Below the pieces are notes generated by a model. It was not told where the DNA came from, ran no database searches, and saw nothing but the letters and a program-made list of their open reading frames with translations. This document shows positions 1 to 11,837 of a stretch of 64,000 nt of DNA, one piece after another. Made by a program: the position numbers and the translations under genes. Each line of letters starts with the position of its first letter. Position 1 is the stretch's first letter. The stretch comes from Octopus sinensis (lineage: Eukaryota), in NCBI RefSeq assembly GCF_006345805.1, contig NC_043003.1, positions 105,524,001 through 105,588,000 on the forward strand, read 5' to 3'.

Positions 1-605
1 CAGGGTGTCGAGAGCAATACATAGGCCAAACCAAAAATAGTCTACGTCAAAGGATGACTCTACATAGATCCCAGATAAAAATTCAGGAATATAGAAAAAT
101 AGCATTCAGTGAACACATTGACATTTGAGCCATTAACGAACAACCCAGCTTCAGAATTTCCCCTCTATAAATTCAGGGACGATGCAACCTGTAATTAGCA
201 CATTAAAAAAGAGTCATATTTTATCGCAAAATATAAACCCCTTTTGAATGCATCCACCACAAATGACAATACTACAAGGGCCTCAGAATAATACCCATGC
301 AAATATTAAAAATGATATATTCAGAACAGTCACTAACCATGAATTTATTCAGAACAATTCCAAACCACTACTGCTATAACCAGAACAGTTCACTTTTAGG
401 TCACTTGACCATTTAAGAGGATTCTACCAGCATCCTACTACTGTCATACCACTCCCGTATTTTTATTCTTTCTGTTCTTTTCCTACTCCCTCTTCTTCCT
501 CTTCGCTGCCTCCTTCCTCAGCTGCTTAGACAATCAAAACCCAGAACTCATATCAAATATTCTTTTAGAACTGCGACTACCTACAACCAAGCCTTCACAA
601 GAATA

Positions 606-658
<53 letters not shown>

Positions 659-880
659 AAGAGAAAGAGAGAGAAAGCGAGAGAGAGGGGCAGAAAAAAA
701 GGAAAATGCCCCTTATATTTGAAAACTATGGAAATATTTAAAAAAAAAACATTTCATTTAATTTTTCCACAATTTAATTGTTTTTCATGCTTTACTCTGA
801 GCTGAAAAAGTCGCAAAGACTGAAACCGGTACTAAAATGTTCTTCATGATAAAATTATTTTAGCATTTTCTACCTTGTCT
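1..880 (+). mobile_element. Penelope-like retroelement 3' remnant (decayed GIY-YIG endonuclease plus 3' region)
   Basis: Frame from base 3 reads GCREQYIGQTKNSLRQRMTLHRSQI...FSEHI*. After a frameshift it reads YKFRDD...KESYFIAKYKPLLN. This is the YIG-T/R/H/E/N pattern of PLE GIY-YIG domains. A degenerate hammerhead lies at 796-837. The right boundary is approximate. Confidence 0.85.
796..837 (+). ncRNA. Degenerate minimal hammerhead ribozyme motif (PLE type)
   Basis: CTGAAAA (G8 mutated)-AGTC gcaaa GACT-GAAA-CCGG-TA. Palindromic stem III (ACCGGT); weak stem I. Confidence 0.55.
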
Positions 881-941
881 TATTTTCCTTATATACCATT
901 CAGGAGAGATGCCCCGTCATTTATGTGTACTCGAAACGAGG

Positions 942-1593
942 CTCCTGAATGGGACCGGATGCAAGTTATCTCCCTTGTTCATGACTTACAGGTGTTTTAA
1001 CACCAGGCAAATTGATAAGAATATATTCTCTTACGCCTATAAGCGCAGCCTAACCCGAACTAGCAAAATGTATGCCTTGTGTGTTTGATGTTGTTTATAT
1101 CTCTTGAGCTGCTTCTAATTTATATTTGAATTTTTTTCCCCGTGATATGAAACATTGGAACAGCAGATGGTTCTTGCACCATATTGTTATACTTCGGGAC
1201 GGTTGTTTTTTTTTCCTTTTCAAATAAACACGCACTAGCTATTCTTTCTTCACTTGTTTATTATTGTTCTTATTTTATTTCCTTTGTCTGGAAATCTTTC
1301 GTCACACATCCTGTAACCTCTTCAGCAACTCTCCATACCCCATGTCTCCTGTTCTGTTTTTCTTACACCATTTTGCATATAGTCATAGATAGTGATTTAG
1401 CTTGCATCGGGCCTCATTTCAGGTATGCGGTATTGATAAGGCACAAAAATGACGAAACATCGATGTCTGTCACTCCTGAATGGGACCTAGAGTGAATTAC
1501 CTCGCTTGTCTATGACTTCAGGTGTTTTAAACACCAGGCGAATTGATGAGAATACATTCCCTTACACCTATAAGCGCAGCCTGCCCACGAACT
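942..1593 (+). repeat. Two diverged ~120-bp direct repeats (942-1061, 1473-1593), probably Penelope pseudo-LTR related
   Basis: Both read ctcctgaatgggacc...gacttMcaggtgtttt...caccaggc...cctataagcgcagcct. A degenerate hammerhead (1427-1473) precedes the second copy. Confidence 0.65.
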
Positions 1594-1861
1594 GAAAATT
1601 TTCAGATGATTAACATTCAAGCATAAATATATAATTATATCTATATATTAATAGAGCAAACCTACTCAGATTATATAGATTCAAAGAATTAGAAGGGAGA
1701 AGGTGTGATGTTAGAAGTCCGATAGCTGTTTCTGACAAATTGTGCATCTTGTTCCAGGTAAATGAGTAAAAATGCAGTCACTGTGTCTGCATAGTCTCTT
1801 GCGTTGAGAAAAGCGGCAGATTTTTGGGTTTCACGTGATCATTATTTTACTTTATTAAAAT

Positions 1862-2255
1862 ACAAGCATTATCACCCGGCGTTGCTCAGATTTGTTTCGA
1901 CCCTTTAGAATTGGAATTTTTGAAAGTAAAAATGTTGCATTATGTAGCTTGTTATTCTCTTTAAGTGAACATTTTCCTGGTTGAAATACACTGAAAAATG
2001 GCGACACAGCAGTAAAAAAATCGTAAAAAATAGGGATTTTCATAGAAAAACAGCACCTTTTTGATGTAAATAATTTTTGGTGTTAACATGGTCCGATTTG
2101 AATTTTTTCTTCTACGAAAGGAAGAGCAAGCCTTCTTCTATCATACTCTCAATTTTGGTCAACTTGCATTGCAGGGTCACGGAGGAGATAGTGTTAGTTG
2201 AAGGCTACCAAACCTGCCATACGCAGACAACTTCGGCTTTATATATAGAGAGAGA
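1862..2255 (-). mobile_element. Non-autonomous Helitron-type element
   Basis: The minus strand starts TC(TC)n-tatatataaagc. It ends with a GC-rich subterminal motif (gagcaacgccggg) and a degenerate CTAG (CTTG). Confidence 0.6.
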
Positions 2256-3321
2256 TTTGGCAGATTTATCAGGAAATACACATTGAGATTGAAATAAAGA
2301 GTGGTGAGGAGGAAAGAAGTGGTTCTTTCCTAATTGGAGTAGTTGTTGTGGTCATGATAGAAGCAGAATAGGCTGACAATGGTAATGAAGGCTGTCTTGG
2401 GTTGATCTGAGAGGAATTTGAATGGCCTGGCTGTAGAGAAGGGCTAGGGTCTCTATTGTTTAATAGGTCGTCAATTGTGCTAATACTGAAGAGTGACTGT
2501 GGGTGTTAATGTTGTTGTTTAGTTGTAATAAGGTTTCGTAGCAGCAGAACATGATGGCAATGATGATGATGATGGTGTCAGCTGTGGTATTCAGAGGAAA
2601 TGGGGATTGTTGTTAATCGGACGACGAAGGGCTCCAATTGTGTTAGTAATGAAAAATGGCCATAGCTGTTGTTTATGTGTGTGTGTGTGTGTGTGTGCAT
2701 CTTTTAATTTTGATGTTGACGATACTTCAATTCAGAAATATATTTTCCCGGGATTTTTTTTTTGAGGGGTGGGAGGGTTTCTTTTAATTTATTTTAGTTC
2801 TTTGTTCTTCTTTGGAAAACAATCCTAACTTCAAGCAACTTTTTAGAGGCCAGTTTTTAAACACTATTTCCCTAGACCTTGAAAGGTAAGTAGCGGGTGC
2901 AAATTTTGATTTGGCACACCCCACTTCCCCAAATCTTAGTGGATGCAAGTCTGTTGCTGCAAACGGTTTTCTCTTTGCAAAGTTACCTCAAGGCACTGTT
3001 CTAGGACCATTACTATTCATCATTACCTGATCAGGTATAAACTCTCATGTACATTCGGTCAATTTAATGAGTTACACGAAACATCGATGGCTTATCCAAA
3101 CTCCAGAAGACACCATCAAACTTCAAAACGAGCTGAACCTTATTTATCAATGGGAAGGTAAAAACAATATGAAATTTAATACAGCAAAATTTCAGGTTCT
3201 TTATTACGGTGTTGGTGTTGAAGAATACATACAAATCACAATATTTGACACCGGGTAACACAATGATTCAGAACGCTAATGACAAACGGGTCTTAGGAGT
3301 AATTATATCAAGTGATGCATC

Positions 3322-3852
3322 TGTAAAGGGAACTGGTTGCTTCTTTACACTTTTGGGGTGCAACTTGGGTGCAACACAATTTCCTTTCTTTTTGTTTCTA
3401 GAAACTACCAGTCGGTAACAAAACGCAACTTTAAAAATATATAATATTTTTTATTCTCTTATTCACAAATGAAGCACGATGGTATACTGGTATCTACCTA
3501 GTTCAACACAGCAAGGCTGAATTCTAACGTTTGTAAGATTCTTACAACAATTCAACAGCAACAGAACAGGTCAAATCCTAAGCGTCTAGGACAGGAGAAT
3601 GGCTGATCACACGTTTAAAAATACGTCCTTTCTCTTCTATCGCCGTGTCTCAAGTCAAAGACACTATTAAGGAACGCGATAGAATTTCTTCCCCAGTCTC
3701 TAGCGCATGTGCATGAGGGAACTTCCTTATGCCTTTCCAGAAGGTTCCAGGAGATTCCAACCCCGCACACGCACACTGAAGAAGGACGTTCCGCACACGC
3801 ACACTGAAGAATGACGTTGCGTGTGTGCACATTGGAATATGACGTCACTACA
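3322..3852 (-). mobile_element. Solo LTR (531 bp)
   Basis: TGTA...TACA termini with a 4-bp target duplication CATC (3318-3321 and 3853-3856). Removing it restores the LINE frame SSDASFISHI. AATAAA lies on the minus strand near 3450. Confidence 0.8.
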
Positions 3853-4011
3853 CATCTTTCATTAGCCACATCACTAAACTAACTGACCTCTAAAAGCAGA
3901 CATCACAGAAGATGGATCCTTCGTGACAAGAGAACCAGTAGTTATGCTGACACTATGGAAAACCTTAGTTCTGAGCAGATTAGATTCCTGTGCACAGCTT
4001 TGGTCTCTTAA

Positions 4012-4773
4012 GGCAAGACAAATACCTCAGATTTCAGATAGCAAAATCTCAGAAAAATAGCAAAGGACATGCCTCTGGGCATTATTAGACTGTTCAAAAC
4101 TGCAAACTGCATTTTATTAAAATGTAGATATTATCCTTGTATAGTTGGGCATTGTTGTAAAATCAATCAATTCCCGCGGTTTACGCGTTTTTCTCGAAAT
4201 TTTTGGCTGTGAGTAGCAATCTTTAGGTCACGATATCTCCGAGAATAATAAATGTAATAGGCTGAAATTTAACATGTGTATTACTTTGATTCTTGCCTGG
4301 ATGCTTTTCTCGGATGATTAGATACACTTTATTTGTTCATCTTCCAGAGACACTTGACTGCTACTACCCAGATGTCAAAAACGCTTGAACTGCCGCATAT
4401 GGCTATGAGCGACCCCACAACGAAATATAGGCCAACTTCATCAATGTCTTTGATTCAACATTGTCTTGTACCCCAATCTGTTGACATTCCAAGTTAGAAC
4501 ATTATCTTTGATAGTTTGGTAGAAAAATCGACCTAAAATAAGGGTGTGTTTGCCTTGTCGGTCATTTTGAATTTATAATTAGGTCATGAATTGGTAATGT
4601 GGAAATTTGAATATCATGTTTTTTGATAGAACTAACATCGTTCTTGATGTATGCCATATTTGGTTTGCCTGGGTTTTATTCCCGCTGAGTGAGAGCATCT
4701 TCAATTTAGGAGTGTTTTCTTACTTTTTAGGAGTGTCTTACAATTTAGGAGTGTCTCAGGTGTTAGTCTTGCC
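4012..4773. mobile_element. Non-autonomous Kolobok-type DNA transposon
   Basis: TTAA on both sides (4008-4011, 4774-4777). Imperfect TIRs ggcaagacaaatacctcaga / tctcaggtgttagtcttgcc with GG termini. Removing it restores the LINE frame WSLNSSGLIREIE. Confidence 0.75.
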
Positions 4774-6058
4774 TTAACTCGTCCGGTCTCATAAGAGAAA
4801 TTGAAGGTTTACAAAGAACGTTCACCAGTAAAATAACTTCAGTTAAAAGCCTTAATTACTGGGAATGCCTGAAAGCTCTGCGTCTCTATTTTCTTGAATG
4901 CCAAAGAGAGAGATATACTATCATATACACCGCAAAATTCCGGAGGCACATGTTCAAAGTTTGGTATTAGAAAGAATTTTAACGCATGAACTGGTAGATA
5001 ATGTCAGCTTCCGAATATACCACCTTCGAAATTACGAGCAAAAACACTCTATTGTGCCATTCCGATATTTAGCCATCTGCAATTGTTCAATCACCTACCT
5101 AAAGAAATCAGAAATATAAAAGGGATCTCTACTGAAACATTAAAAAAAGACAATAGGATATAAAATAAGAAAAAAAAAAAAAACTCAACGATGATACCGG
5201 ATGAGCCACGCATTCAAGGATACATTCAGGAAAGATCAGCGGCTACGAATTGAATCACAAATCAACTTCCAGCCATAAAGCGATAACAAAACTGAATGGA
5301 AATGAATTAAGGCGGTGCTCCAGCATGGTCGCAGTCCTACAACCGAAACCATTAAAAGTATAAAAGAAAAGAATCACAAAGTATGCATGTAGAAAAGTTG
5401 TGTAGAATCTTCTGTCAGTAATTCAAAGATTCAAAAATAATTTTTGAATCTTTGGAGAGTCATGGTTGACTCTGTGACTCTTATTCAGTAATGAAACACG
5501 CATAACTTGGAATTAAAAAATATATAAGATGTTTTCCGTGTTTCGTTTTGATTGTTTAATGATCAATACATATCGCCTGGTAAATCCGACAGAATTTGAA
5601 ATATTTCGCGACAAATCATGTGACAAATAATGAGATCGCACGACTTTCTCGTCTCCCCACCACCGTATCTCATCCCTACCTCCATCCTCTAGTGTAGCCA
5701 ATAACCTGACCTGCTCTCATTAGTGCTAAGTCTTCTCTTATTTATTTTTAATTGGCTTAAGAAATTTCTTTTAAAGTTGTTCAGAATTTATTTAATCAGA
5801 ATTTGTGTGGCGCTCCTAGATTTTAGCTCTAGTTGGCCAATCCCACAGCTCACTTTCATACTCGCCACCACCACACACATCGACGTTTCCTGCATCAATG
5901 CATTGCGTGCCCAACGTATATGTGAACGGCAATAACAAACCAGATTTTAATGTGACAATAACAACCAGGCACAGTTGGAGAGAGTCCACACTATGCTCTA
6001 AATATGTTGATTTTTTAACACGGCATGCGTTAGTTTACGTAGCAGGTGTAGCTTCTGA

Positions 6059-6474
6059 AAGGCGGCGAGCTGGCAGAATCGTTAGCACGTTGGGCGAAAT
6101 GCTTAGCCGTATTTCGCCTGCCGTTACGTTCTGAGTTCAAATCCCGCCGAGGTCGACTTTGCCTTTCATCCTTTCGGGGTCGATAAATTAAGGACCAGTT
6201 ACGCACTGGGGTCGATATAATCGACTTAATCCGTTTGCCTGTCCTTGTTTGTCCTCTCTGTGTTTAGCCCCTTGTGAGTAGTAAAGAAATAGGTATTTCG
6301 CCTGTCGTTACGTTCTGAGTTCAAATTCCGCCGAGGTTGACTTTGCCTTTCATCCTTTCGGGCTCGATTAAATAAATACCAGTTACACACTGGGGTCGAT
6401 GTAATCGATTAAATCCGTTTGTCTGTTCTTGTTTGTCCTGTCTGTGTTTGGCCCCTTGTGGGTAGTAAAGAAAT
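6059..6474 (+). mobile_element. SINE family B (Nin/Deu-domain-like core), tandem dimer with 15-bp TSD
   Basis: Core ccgaggtcgactttgcctttcatcctttcggggtcgataaa; TSD aggtgtagcttctga at 6044-6058 and 6475-6489. Other copies near 16700-16860, 21375-21545, 21885-22080, 22945-23275, 28462-28672, 41815-42036, 43095-43233, 44755-45105, 46493-46690, 48790-48990, 49220-49420, 62268-62498. Confidence 0.85.
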
Positions 6475-6837
6475 AGGTGTAGCTTCTGACACACACAGCT
6501 AGAGAGTGTACCGCCGGGGCAGGCCTTCATTTTGTGCTTCACCCCTGGGCCACCACGCTTATATACAAGCTTACACAGCAACCTCAAAGCAGACTGCGCC
6601 ATCCTCTTACTACACTACAGTGTGTGTGTTTTTGCATGCATGTATGCATGTCATGTCCTGTTATGTCAGGTCGCTCTTGGGCCCTACTGGTAACACGTAA
6701 CCCAGAACAATCTGTTGCTTGGTCGGGTCGTCGGCGAATAAACTAGCAACCTCATCAAGCTTGTTGGACACTCTGCAGGACGAAAAATAAGACCTGTGAA
6801 AGCGCAGAAGAACTCATGAGCAGTCAACGGTCTTCCA

Positions 6838-7665
6838 AATGTATGTATGTATGTATGTATGTATGTATGTATTATGTATGTATGTATGTATGTATGTATG
6901 TATTATGTATGTATGTATGTATGTATGTATGTATGTATGATGTATGTATGTATGTATGTATGTATGTATGTATGTATGTATGTATTATGTATGTATGTAT
7001 GTATGTATGTATTATGTATGTATGTATGTATGTATGTATGTATGTATGTATTATGTATGTATGTATGTATGTATGTATGTATGTATGTATGTATGTATGT
7101 ATGTATGTATGTATGTTGTATGTATGTTGTATGTAGTATGTATGTATGTAGATGTATGTATGTATGTAGTATGTATGTATGTTGTATTATGTATGTATGT
7201 ATGTATGTATGTATGTATGTATGTATTGTTATGTATGTATGTATGTATTGTATGTATGTATGTATGTATGTATGTAATGTATGTATGTATGTATGTGTAT
7301 GTATGTATGTATTATTATGTATGTATGTATGTATTATGTATGTATGTATGTATGTTGTATGTATGTATATGTATGTATGTATGTATGTAGTATGTATGTA
7401 TGTATGTATGTAGGTATGTATGTATGTATTATGTATGTATGTATGTGTATGTATGTATGTATGTATGTATGTATGTATGTGTATGTATGTATGTATGTAT
7501 GTAATGTATGTATGTATGTATGTAATGTATGTATGTATGTATGTATGTATGTATGTATGTATGTATGTACGTACGTACGTATGTATGTATGTATGTATGT
7601 ATGTATGTATGTATGTATGTATGTATGTACGTATGTACGTACGTACGTACGTATGTATGTATGCA
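6838..7665. repeat. (ATGT)n microsatellite, ~830 bp, imperfect
   Basis: Direct reading; this tract produces the MYVC/HTYI pseudo-ORFs. Confidence 0.98.
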
Positions 7666-8034
7666 TGCGCAGGGACGTGGAAATACCTGGGTTGGTGCCC
7701 AAGCGCGCGGTTGGCACACTGGGAGTGCGAGGCCCCTCCGTTGTTGTCACAACATCTCTCTAGGAGAGGGAAACTCCGAAAGAAAACCTACGACACTTAT
7801 AAGATTCGATGATGTAGACTAGCTCTTCTTTTCGAGTTAATGTTGACCATGTTCACAGAGTGGGATTGGATTTGGGCAAATTCTTTCCCCTCTATAAAAA
7901 AAAAAAAATCATCATGCACAGGCATCGCTTGAGAAAAAAGTAGGACCCATCACAAAAATGGCTGGTCGTAGCCATCGCATGTGTGGGACTTTCGATCAGG
8001 CGATAGTAATACTCGAACACGTGTTTGGAACCAT

Positions 8035-8035
8035 C

Positions 8036-8068
<33 letters not shown>

Positions 8069-8181
8069 TGTATGTATGTATGTATGTATGTATGTATGTA
8101 TGTATGTATGTATGTATGCATGTATGTATGTATGTATGCATGTATGTATGTATGTACGTACATACATAATATACATACATA

Positions 8182-8250
<69 letters not shown>
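8035..8250. repeat. (ATGT)n followed by (TA)n microsatellite
   Basis: Direct reading. Confidence 0.97.
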
Positions 8251-8253
<3 letters not shown>

Positions 8254-8583
8254 GACAAGAGGAAAATGTAGGGGATAAAGAAATAGTATACATCAACTGT
8301 TAGACATTATATTATGTCTATTTATTTATTCTAAAACATTTATGAGAACATATACATATGTAACGACTGTGTATTACATACATACGTACCAGTAATTCAT
8401 AGAATAGATAAAGAACAGTTTCTTACGGCCGTTTCTGCCAAGAGCTCTCAGTACCCCACATGTTATTTCCATCTCTTCAGTGTTCTGTAGTGATCGGTTG
8501 ATAAAATTAAGGTATTGGTTGTGCCTCTAGGCTTCATCAGAGAGTTTAAAAGAGGGTCTAAAAAGTTCAGAAGGCTAATGCAT

Positions 8584-9078
<495 letters not shown>

Positions 9079-9081
9079 GAA

Positions 9082-9406
9082 GGCGCGTGGCTCAGTGGTT
9101 AGAGCGTCGAGCTTACGATCGTGAGGTTGTGAGCTCAAATCCCGGACCGGGCTGCGTGTTGTGTTCTTGAGCAAGACACTTTATTTCACGTTGCTCCAGT
9201 TCACTCAGCTGTAGAAATGAGTTGCGACGTCACAGGTGCTAAGCTGTATCGGCCCCTTTGCCTTTCCCTAACATCGGTGACGAGGAGAGGCCGGTATGCA
9301 TGGGCGACTGCTGGTCTTCCATGAAACAACCTTGCCCAGACTTTTGCCTCAGAGAGTAACTCTCTAGGTGCAAACCCATGGTCAGTGTCTGACCGAAGGG
9401 GGTCAC

Positions 9407-9409
<3 letters not shown>
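9082..9409 (+). mobile_element. tRNA-derived SINE family D (central part resembles the Meta-SINE domain)
   Basis: A box TGGCTCAGTGG, B-box-like GCTCAAATCC, then ttgtgttcttgagcaagacactttatttcacgttgctccagttcactcagctgtagaaatg. Partial copies near 28975-29105 (+) and 54455-54570 (-). Confidence 0.8.
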
Positions 9410-9449
<40 letters not shown>

Positions 9450-9829
9450 TATACATACATAGATACATATATATGAATCGGATCTCTCGTAAAACCAAAT
9501 CATATTAACTGGCGCTGCCTCTGTATGTTCAAAAACTTGTTTTACTTGTGCATCATTTAGAGTAAATAAAGATATTTTAGTAAATTTTGTGCAAAAATAA
9601 ACATAGCATCCACATATTTTAACCAATAAGTAAAAATGATTTAAGCCACAAAAAGAAAAAAAATGTAATAAACGAAGCATAATTATAAAGATTTTATATT
9701 TAGAATTTCATTTTGTATCTTTCATATTTAAAAATATTAATTTATTATTTTCGCGGCACAAGTTGCATCCGGCGGCACACGTGTACGTCTCCGAGCATCA
9801 CTTGGAAAAAAATCACAGCATTGCGCTGC

Positions 9830-9985
9830 TCGCTGTTGGTCGCTCGACCTGCTAGAAAGAGCAGCGAAATCTTCCTCAAATCTCACCTTATCATCATAGA
9901 TAAGGATAGGACGTATTATTATTACATAATGTGGTTGTGCATTACTTAAAGAGGCTGGATGGTTCTGGTTGGAATTATTGATTAC
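9830..9985 (+). repeat. Dispersed repeat family F fragment
   Basis: Motif ctgctagaaaKagcagcNaaatcYYcctcaaatc recurs near 12595-12760 and 25100-25250. Confidence 0.6.
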
Positions 9986-10439
9986 AAGCCTTCTAGGTGC
10001 CTTACGGGCGAGAACACCAACACTATCGCCATCAACACCTTCGTCACTGCAAAACCGTTACCATCACTTGTAACCACTGCCCCACTCTCTCTTCCTATTT
10101 CTCTATCGATGGTGGTACACTGCTATGACTATTTGACTATTTCTATTGCCACCACCACCGTCAACACTTCTATCATTATCATAGTACTGCAGCTAGCTCC
10201 GCCGACACCACCATCACAGACAACCTGTGACATCGCCGTCGCCCGTCACAACCATTCCCGACTCAAACGTCGATAATACGCAGCCGACGGCACAAAAACA
10301 TCAAGTTTTGCTACTGCACCATCGCCATCATCACTATCATCATGATGATCATCATCATCACCGCCACATTAACTAATGCTGAGCGCTAATACTACTACTA
10401 CTACATCGTGCTACTAGCAACGAAAATGAAAATGTTCCT

Positions 10440-10660
10440 TTTCTCTCTCTCCTCCCTCTCTGTCCAATGTAGTAACGGTTGGGTTTGAGTGAGAGGAAGG
10501 CGTTGAGAGAGAGAGAGAGAGAGAGAGATTAAAAATAGGGAAACAAATAAGTAAATGATTAAAATGAAGAGAAGATAAACAATAAAACAAATTATAAAAG
10601 AAAAGCAGTCTCTGATTGGTTACAATTAATAAATTATTCCCGGGTAAGAAGTGAGAAGGA
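10440..10660 (+). promoter_or_regulatory. Putative promoter region of the gene starting at 11801
   Basis: CCAAT at 10464-10468, NF-Y-like CTGATTGGTT at 10612-10621, TATAAAA at 10593-10599, (GA)n tract. It lies ~1.2 kb upstream of the ATG in a stretch with no recognised transposon. Confidence 0.4.
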
Positions 10661-10669
10661 AGGGAAGAG

Positions 10670-11178
10670 AGTATAAGAGAGAGAAAAAGAGGAAGAGGGG
10701 GGAGAGCAGCCGCGAAAAGGAAGAGAGGGAGAGAGACAGAGAGAGGGGGAGAGACAGAGAGCAGTTTTAAAAAGAAAGAAAGAGAGAGAGAGAAAAAGAG
10801 GAAGAGGGGGAGAGCAGCAGCGAAAAGGAAGAGAGGGAGAGAGAGAGGGGGGGGAGAGACAGAGAGCAGTTTTAAAAAGAAAGAAAGAGAGAGAGGTTGT
10901 AAAAAGAAAGAGAAAGAGAGTGCAGTTGTGAAAAGAAAGAGAGAGAGATATATATATAGAGGCAGTGAGAGAGTGCAGTTGTGAAAAGGAAGAAAGAGAG
11001 AGAGAGAGATATAGAGGCAGTGAGAGAGTGCAGTTGTGAAAAGGAAGAAAGAGAGAGAGAGAGAGAGAGGCAGTGAGAGAGTGCAGTTGTGAAAAAGAAG
11101 AGAAAGAAGGAAAGAGAGAGAGGCAGTGAGAGAGTGCAGTTGTGAAAAGGAAGAGAAAGAAGGAGAGAGTGCAGTAGA
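10670..11178 (+). repeat. Purine-rich compound tandem repeats
   Basis: Two copies of a ~100-bp GA-rich unit, then about five copies of gaggcagtgagagagtgcagttgtgaaaa(g/a)gaag(ag)n. Confidence 0.9.
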
Positions 11179-11800
11179 GAGTCCAACAATATTGGAGAGT
11201 CTTGCTTGAAAGCGTGTAGCACTTGGTCTTACAATACACAGCTTCTTCTCCCCCTCCTTTCTATGATTTCGTCATAAGAAGCTGTTTGCCGACTCTGATA
11301 CTTGCTCAATATTTGCCACACGCACTGATATTATTCACACACTCTCACACTCACACACACGCACACACACATACACACACACTCACACACACTCACTGCC
11401 GCTGAAGATCAACTTGGTTTAATTATAACAGTCACACAAGCATCTAATCACACACAAAACAACATATATTCACTCACATATAAAACTCTCACATTAATTT
11501 ATATACAAAATAATATTTAAATGATAAAAGCAATACTCAAAATACAAATCTCACGATTTTAATTGGACACACGCGCACACAGGTATTCATTAAATGCACG
11601 ACATTTATTTCATTTATCAATCGATAAACCATTATTCAACAGAATCAATCACCAGAGTAAGTGTTTGACGTGCAAACAGACATATCTGGATACTATTGTT
11701 TCATTGCCCGAGTTGCCTTTTTTTTTTCGCCGTCTGCCTAAGTGCCACCACGCACCATACATAGTACGGCCTTTCCACACATCACAGAAAAAGCCAAACC

Positions 11801-11837
11801 ATGAAAACGTTGATCGGAATTATAGTTCTCTTAACAG
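11801..11837 (+). CDS. First coding exon of a probable secreted or membrane protein (signal-peptide start MKTLIGIIVLLT-)
   Basis: AAACC-ATG context (A at -3). A basic residue is followed by a hydrophobic core. Consensus donor ACAG|GTGAGT at 11838 gives a phase-1 intron, typical of signal-peptide exons. The gene cannot be identified. Confidence 0.7.

Larger units (their letters stand above)
2945..5372 (+). mobile_element. Decayed CR1-group LINE (RT C-terminal half plus 3' tail), interrupted by two insertions
   Basis: Fragments in order: LPQGTVLGPLLFII; SY[ADD deleted]TK; LQNELNLIYQW..NNMKFNTAKFQ; LGVIISSD; LWKTLVLSRLDSCAQLWS; IEGLQRTFTSKI..LNYWECLKALRLY..RER; LFNHLPKEIRNI; IPDEP. The tail is at 5309-5372. 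Confidence 0.88.

Noticed and set aside
8415-8490. Hammerhead-like CTGAAGA...GAAACGGCCGTA on the minus strand (similar GAAACAGCTATC near 1725)
   Set aside because: Stem II cannot be paired and stem I is not adjacent to the site; probably a Penelope-type tail but not a supportable ribozyme.
9082-9160. tRNA genes (also 21551, 38186, 53050)
   Set aside because: A/B boxes are present, but they continue into multicopy SINE bodies and lack a proper acceptor stem.
9201-9680. 159-aa minus-strand ORF
   Set aside because: Chimera of AT-rich sequence, (TA)n and an antisense SINE; no recognisable domain or splice sites.
9959-10420. Thr/Pro-rich ORF upstream of the promoter-like region
   Set aside because: Degenerate trinucleotide (CAC/CAT/TAC) low-complexity DNA.
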